Positions 40,069 through 44,482 of a stretch of 44,482 nucleotides of DNA are shown piece after piece. The stretch covers positions 1-44,482 of the forward strand of contig PWKH01000061.1 in assembly GCA_003559765.1 (NCBI GenBank). Direction: 5' to 3'. Each line of letters starts with the position of its first letter. Position 1 is the stretch's first letter. The position numbers were made by a program, and so were the translations under genes. This stretch comes from Spirochaetaceae bacterium (GTDB lineage: Bacteria; Spirochaetota; Spirochaetia; PWKH01). The notes under the pieces are model-generated. The model did not search any database. It saw only the letters and a program-made list of their open reading frames with translations, and was not told the origin of the DNA.

Positions 40069-41206
40069 GTGGCTGAAAAATTCTCAGATCACCAAGTGAG
40101 TCAACCAGATCAAAGAAATCAAGGATAATCGTGTTCATAATGAGCAGCCCAGGCCGCTTCATCCTTCCTGACTCCATATACCCCCGGTCGCTCCACCTCC
40201 GGATGCCCTGTTCAATTATCCCGGCAGTTTCGCCTCCCCATCCCCGGGAAATACGATCCACCGGAATGCCTGTTTCGGTCCGGAGGGACACCATGATCAG
40301 CTCCTTGAGCACCTCCTGCAGGCTTACCGTCTCATAGGCCCCTGCTTCTGTCCCTTCCCTGCAGTATAATGCAATATTCAGGGGTCCTGTACGCCGAAAA
40401 AGCTGATCAGCCTGCATCACTGAAGATACGGCGCTGCATCCGAGGCCGATGCAGTCCTTCAGCTCCCAGTACCTGCTGTTGTGCAGACCCTGCTTTCCCT
40501 CCCGGCAGAAATTGGACAGTTCATACTGTCTGAACCCCTTCGCATCCAGATGCTTCCAGGCAGGAGTGAGATGGTCCTGCTCATCCGGCACGGTGAAACT
40601 CCGGGCCAGAGCGGTCTGCTCCTCAATATCCAGTTCATAGAGGGAGATATGGCCGCAGCCGCTGAGATCCAGCAGTCTGTCAATATCCCTGCAGGTATCG
40701 CCGGGATGAGTGCCGGGGACGGCGGTGATGAGATCAGCGCTTATCCGCAGCCCGGGATAGGAATCCAGAAGCCTGAGGGCAGACTCTGCAGCCTCAATGG
40801 AGCCCCTCCTGCCGAGCACCCGCCTCGCCTCCGGTGAAAAGCTCTGAATCCCGATGCTGATCCTGCTTCCTCCGTGGGAGGCGAACACATCCAGCTGCTC
40901 CCTGCTCACTCCCTCAGGGTTGGATTCCATGGTCAGCTCCCGGCAGCGTCCTGCAAGGGGACTGAGCGCCTCCATCAGCCGATTCAGCTGCTTCGGGCTC
41001 AGCATTCCCGGGTCTCCGCCGCCGATATAGATAGTCTCAGGGAAGAACTCAAGTGAGTGCAGTTCCGCAGTCATCCGGTTGAGGTAGGAATCTAGGGCAT
41101 CCGCTGCATCATCAGCAGAGAAAAAGGCACAGTAGCCGCATCTGCTGCTGCAGAACGGGATATGGAGGTACAGGGAGGCTTCAGTGCCTGCAGCCTGATC
41201 CGTCAT
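40052..41206 (-). CDS. hemW: HemN-like radical SAM protein, probable heme chaperone HemW
   Basis: YLHIPFCSSRCGYC (CxxxCxxC), IYIGGG, ESNP, RISIGIQSF, YELSNF and the HemW-type HNxxYW motif (HNSRYW). Confidence 0.82.
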   Translation of the reverse strand: MTDQAAGTEASLYLHIPFCSSRCGYCAFFSADDAADALDSYLNRMTAELHSLEFFPETIYIGGGDPGMLSPKQLNRLMEALSPLAGRCRELTMESNPEGVSREQLDVFASHGGSRISIGIQSFSPEARRVLGRRGSIEAAESALRLLDSYPGLRISADLITAVPGTHPGDTCRDIDRLLDLSGCGHISLYELDIEEQTALARSFTVPDEQDHLTPAWKHLDAKGFRQYELSNFCREGKQGLHNSRYWELKDCIGLGCSAVSSVMQADQLFRRTGPLNIALYCREGTEAGAYETVSLQEVLKELIMVSLRTETGIPVDRISRGWGGETAGIIEQGIRRWSDRGYMESGRMKRPGLLIMNTIILDFFDLVDSLGDLRIFQPLDTVF

Positions 41207-41208
41207 AT

Positions 41209-42198
41209 TTACCGAATCACTCCTGCTCTGGAAAAGGGCCAGAATATCACATTGGCCTTTCCCAGCACCCGGTCATGGGTGACTGGACCGAAATATCTTC
41301 CGTCGATAGAATTGTCCCGGTTGTCGCCGATCGGAAAAATATATCCTTCAGGGATGTAGTACCCCTGCTCCATCCGGTAGAATTCATTCCTTGCTGACTG
41401 CTGATCGGGATGCAGGGTCAGGAGCTCATAATGCTGCAGCCTGGTCATCTCATAATAATCAACCAGGGGCGGTCTGCCGGAAAGTCCGCCTGCAGTCTGC
41501 TGGTCTTCGGAGGACAGGGTGAGCCCTGCATACTCATAGGCATTGCTCCTGGCAGAAAGAGAGAACCGCAGATAGTCATTATCGTCAAGGAGCCGCTTCG
41601 AGGAGAAGCTCCCTCCCGACAGCTGCCGCAGTTCGGTTTCTGCTATCGGTTCACTGAATCCACGGGGATGAACATAGAGCTCTCCCTGCCGGAAGGCCGC
41701 CCGCTCGCCCTCCACGGCAGCGGCCCGTTTCACATACAGCTGCGCCCGGGGAGTGCCGTCCTCATGACGGTCAAGATTGACCAGCGACAGGGTGAGCATA
41801 TAGACCACCCGGTTGAGGATATCGAAGGCGGGCCCTCGGGAGACGTAGGCGGGATTTTCGAAAATAAAGACCTCATACCGTTCGGGATTGGTATCATCAA
41901 GAAATTTCGGACCTCCTGGATAGAGCTCGGGTCCGTAGACCATTTTATTCACAAACAGCCGGTCGCCGATCTTCAAAGTGTCCTCCATGGAGGAGGAAGG
42001 AATCTGATAGAGCTGAAATATGAACTGATTGATCAGCAGCACCCAGAATACCGCCCACAGGATCGCCTCGGCCCATTCCCGGATCTGCCCCTTCTGCTTT
42101 TCCCGGAGCTTGCGCCGTTCTATCCGCCGAGCCCGTTTTTCGAGCAGTCCCTCGGCCTTCCCTTCGATCCAGTCCAGGTATGATGATATGCTGTCCAT
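41209..42198 (-). CDS. lepB: Signal peptidase I
   Basis: TM helix followed by IPSSSMEDTL (catalytic Ser), GDRLFVNK, YVKR (catalytic Lys) and GDNRDNSIDGRYFG. Confidence 0.96.
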   Translation of the reverse strand: MDSISSYLDWIEGKAEGLLEKRARRIERRKLREKQKGQIREWAEAILWAVFWVLLINQFIFQLYQIPSSSMEDTLKIGDRLFVNKMVYGPELYPGGPKFLDDTNPERYEVFIFENPAYVSRGPAFDILNRVVYMLTLSLVNLDRHEDGTPRAQLYVKRAAAVEGERAAFRQGELYVHPRGFSEPIAETELRQLSGGSFSSKRLLDDNDYLRFSLSARSNAYEYAGLTLSSEDQQTAGGLSGRPPLVDYYEMTRLQHYELLTLHPDQQSARNEFYRMEQGYYIPEGYIFPIGDNRDNSIDGRYFGPVTHDRVLGKANVIFWPFSRAGVIR

Positions 42199-42227
42199 GA
42201 TCTTCTTCCTATCATATTATCGGTCCA

Positions 42228-42256
42228 TTGACAAGTTGTCAGCGCATCTGTACTCT
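42228..42256 (+). promoter_or_regulatory. Sigma70 promoter for the PEGA protein-smpB operon (leaderless geometry)
   Basis: TTGACA (42228-42233), 17 nt, TACTCT (42251-42256), 7 nt, then ATG 42264. Confidence 0.7.
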
Positions 42257-42263
42257 CTTGTCT

Positions 42264-43460
42264 ATGAAATCGCAACGGCTGAAACCTCTGCTCGGCATCA
42301 GGCCGGGAATATATATTACCGCACTGCTGGTGCTGCTGCTGCTTGCACTCCTGTTCTGGCTGTTTATGCTCCCGGGCATACGCAGCCGAGGCAGTGAAGT
42401 CTCGATTACCACCAGCGCACCGGGAGCCGCCGTATTTATTGACGGTGAATTCGCAGGCAGTTCTCCCCTTGAGCTATTTATTCCTGCAGGAGAGCGGGAG
42501 ATCCGCATAGCCAAGCCCTGCTTCCGGGAGCTGACTGCCCGCGAGGAGATCGGCTCACGAGTGCTGTTCACCCGATTTGCACCCAAGCGGGAGAAGCTTT
42601 CATACGATCTTGAAATGGAGGATCTCACCGGATATCTGAGCTGGAGAATCCAGGATCTCTACCAATGGTCCCTGATAACCAACTATACTTCAACGTATCA
42701 GTATCCGGAAGTGATCACCGAGACCGCTGAAGATATTGTCGCAGTTTCGGGGGCTGAGGCATCATCTGAATTCGCAGAATTCATCGCCCTGCTCCCCTAT
42801 CTGGCCAGTTCAGACAAAATCACCGAAGACATGGAACAGGCATTACAGCTGCTCGAGTTCACGCTTCCCGATGATCCTGAGCCTTCTGACGTTTCAGCAG
42901 ATGTCCGCTCCCGGGCCACCCTGCAGCTTGAAGAACTGGGAATAGAATTCATCGAGATTTCCGGTGAAGGAATTGAGCCCTTTTTCATTTCTGCATCCCT
43001 GGTCGGCAGTGATCTCTTCGATCAGTTTACCGAGGAAGAGCCCCTCTGGCATCAGGACAACCGGGATGAGCTGCTGCAGCAAAGACTGGTTGATGAGACC
43101 TACCGCCATACCCATGATCAGTTCGCCGACACCGCCGTCAATATATCCTTTCATGCCGCAGCGGCCTTTGTCCAATGGGCTGACGGGCTCTACGACGAGT
43201 TCATCCTCGCTTTGCCGAACGCTCTTGACTGGGAACATGCCGCCGCAGCCCTCGGAGCAGACAGACTTGAAGGACTGTGGCAGTGGACGAGCTCTCCCTT
43301 CTACCCGGGAGCTCCCCGGCAGTACGAGCGGCAGCATGAACTGCTTGAGTTTGAGACTCATTATCATCTGAAAGGAGGCGGCAGCAGCCGGGCAGCAGCC
43401 CTCCCTCCTTCAGCATGCTCTCCGGTCACCGGATTCAGGCTGCTGCTTATCAAGGAATAA
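42264..43460 (+). CDS. Membrane-anchored PEGA-domain protein with a degenerate FGE/SUMF1-like C-terminal domain
   Basis: TM helix, then PEGA (ITTSAPGAAVFIDGEFAGSSP...GEREIRIAKPCF), then FGE-like remnants (VNISFHAAAAFVQW, LPNALDWEHAA, GLWQWT, GFRL). Start moved to ATG 42264. Confidence 0.75.
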   Translation: MKSQRLKPLLGIRPGIYITALLVLLLLALLFWLFMLPGIRSRGSEVSITTSAPGAAVFIDGEFAGSSPLELFIPAGEREIRIAKPCFRELTAREEIGSRVLFTRFAPKREKLSYDLEMEDLTGYLSWRIQDLYQWSLITNYTSTYQYPEVITETAEDIVAVSGAEASSEFAEFIALLPYLASSDKITEDMEQALQLLEFTLPDDPEPSDVSADVRSRATLQLEELGIEFIEISGEGIEPFFISASLVGSDLFDQFTEEEPLWHQDNRDELLQQRLVDETYRHTHDQFADTAVNISFHAAAAFVQWADGLYDEFILALPNALDWEHAAAALGADRLEGLWQWTSSPFYPGAPRQYERQHELLEFETHYHLKGGGSSRAAALPPSACSPVTGFRLLLIKE

Positions 43461-43463
43461 GGT

Positions 43464-43925
43464 ATGGAAGAGCAAGGAATCAAAATACTGCAGAAGAACA
43501 AGAAGGCCTTTTTCAACTACGAGATCGTCGACACCCTGGAATGCGGAATTGAGCTGAAGGGGAGTGAAGTGAAGTCCCTTAGGAAAAACGCTTTCTCCTT
43601 CAGCGACTCCTATATCAAGATCGACAAACAGGACAACCTCATCCTTGAGGGCTTTCATATATCTCCCTACACCCACGGGACCATTGAAAACCATGAACCG
43701 ACCCGTTCCCGCAGACTCCTGGCCCACGCCCAGGAGATCAAGCGGCTGAAGCGCAAGGTTGCAGAACGGGGATTCACCCTGGTTCCGGTGCGGGTCTATC
43801 TGAAAAGAAGCATGGTAAAAGTGGAAATCGCCCTTGCCCGGGGAAAGAAGATTCATGACAAGCGAGAGTCGATAAAAGAGCGGGATCTGAAGCGGGATTC
43901 CGACCGGGCGATGAAACGCTATTGA
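43464..43925 (+). CDS. smpB: SsrA-binding protein SmpB
   Basis: NKKAFFNY, GIELKGSEVKSLR, HISPY, R.RRLLAH and GKKIHDKRE. Confidence 0.98.
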   Translation: MEEQGIKILQKNKKAFFNYEIVDTLECGIELKGSEVKSLRKNAFSFSDSYIKIDKQDNLILEGFHISPYTHGTIENHEPTRSRRLLAHAQEIKRLKRKVAERGFTLVPVRVYLKRSMVKVEIALARGKKIHDKRESIKERDLKRDSDRAMKRY

Positions 43926-43950
43926 TTTTCATGCTTATTCTAGGTATATT
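43922..43950 (+). promoter_or_regulatory. Putative sigma70 promoter for ssrA
   Basis: TTGATT (43922-43927), 17 nt, TATATT (43945-43950), 14 nt upstream of the mature 5' end. Confidence 0.6.
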
Positions 43951-43964
43951 GTAAGTGAACCTAT

Positions 43965-44323
43965 GGGGGTGCCAAGGTCTCGACTGGTGGTTTTGTACAG
44001 TTTGTGGCTGCAGGCGGAGCTGCTAACTCCTTAATCTGGCAACAAAAATTATTTGCTGACAACAATCAAGCAGATTTTGCTTTAGCTGCATAAATTAGCA
44101 GCTGCGGACCCCGGCAGTGCCGTTCTGAGCTGCCGACGGTCTGAAACAAACCCCAGGACTTACTCTTCCGTCAGCCCTTGGCGGACAGAGGAAAATCAAA
44201 GGGCTGGAAAGCCGTCATGCCGGTCTGAGCGCTACGCGGCTTTTGAGAACATAAGATCAGACTAAGCTTGTAGAGGTCACAAGCTTGCCCATCAGGACGC
44301 GGGTTCGATTCCCGCCACCTCCA
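43965..44323 (+). ncRNA. ssrA: tmRNA
   Basis: 5' GGGGGTG pairs with 3' CACCTCC-A and includes the G3.U alanine determinant. T-arm GCGGG-TTCGATT-CCCGC, internal tag frame, and position directly after smpB. CCA is not encoded. Confidence 0.97.
44055..44093 (+). other. tmRNA proteolysis tag reading frame, (A)ADNNQADFALAA*
   Basis: GCT resume codon after an A/T-rich stretch, ending ALAA-TAA as in typical Clp-targeting tags. Confidence 0.85.
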
Positions 44324-44482
44324 TCCTTCACTGCTGCAGCGGAATTGACTGTTTTCCCTGCAGCCTTCCCGAATGAACACAACCGCGCAGCTCTATCTGC
44401 TTCTTTTCTGCATCAGCTTGCAGGAAAACGTACAAAAACCAATATATACTCATATGAACAGCAGACTCAGCATGCTGAGGCA

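Noticed and set aside
40052-41206. Radical SAM enzyme as a possible RiPP maturase next to a peptidase
   Set aside because: Motifs match HemW/HemN, there is no SPASM domain or precursor peptide, and the neighbour is an ordinary signal peptidase I.
42264-43460. FGE-like (CLec-fold) domain as a possible diversity-generating retroelement target
   Set aside because: No reverse transcriptase, and I saw no template-repeat copy of its 3' end in the window.
44171-44380. 69-aa minus-strand ORF (…WRWRESNPRP…)
   Set aside because: Typical spurious translation of the reverse complement of a tRNA-like T-arm. The locus is tmRNA.
44454-44482. Possible CDS start at the window edge (MNSRLSMLR...)
   Set aside because: Only nine codons are visible, which is too little to support a feature.

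Overview
This is a dense, almost entirely housekeeping window from a spirochaete. The evidence is the Cmk-S1 fusion, the ~900-aa GreA, NusA with a C-terminal zinc ribbon, and gene order resembling Treponema/Borrelia. It contains: (-) rpe-dtd-recA-scpA-scpB-rluB-cmk/rpsA-TPR; (+) TPR-greA-lysE-like; (-) rimP-nusA-infB-rbfA-truB-FAD synthetase-rpsO-pnp-dut-lptF-lptG-tgt-murJ; (-) tamB-bamA-mutS; (+) tmk; (-) lepB-hemW-yebC-ruvC-ruvA-ruvB-queA; (+) PEGA/FGE-like protein-smpB-tmRNA. I see no mobile element, CRISPR array, prophage or defence island, and I cannot support a wholly new multi-gene system here. The most interesting signals are small-scale: an in-frame internal SD+GTG in cmk-rpsA that could yield free S1; a PcrA/UvrD-type Tudor-like motif inside the giant GreA; promoters abutting SD-less start codons at several operon heads (probably leaderless mRNAs); no skp between bamA and mutS, with a strong hairpin there instead; and a rimP leader attenuator. 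Several start codons were moved from the ORF track using SD position and family N-termini. All calls come from motif recognition by eye, with no database searches.
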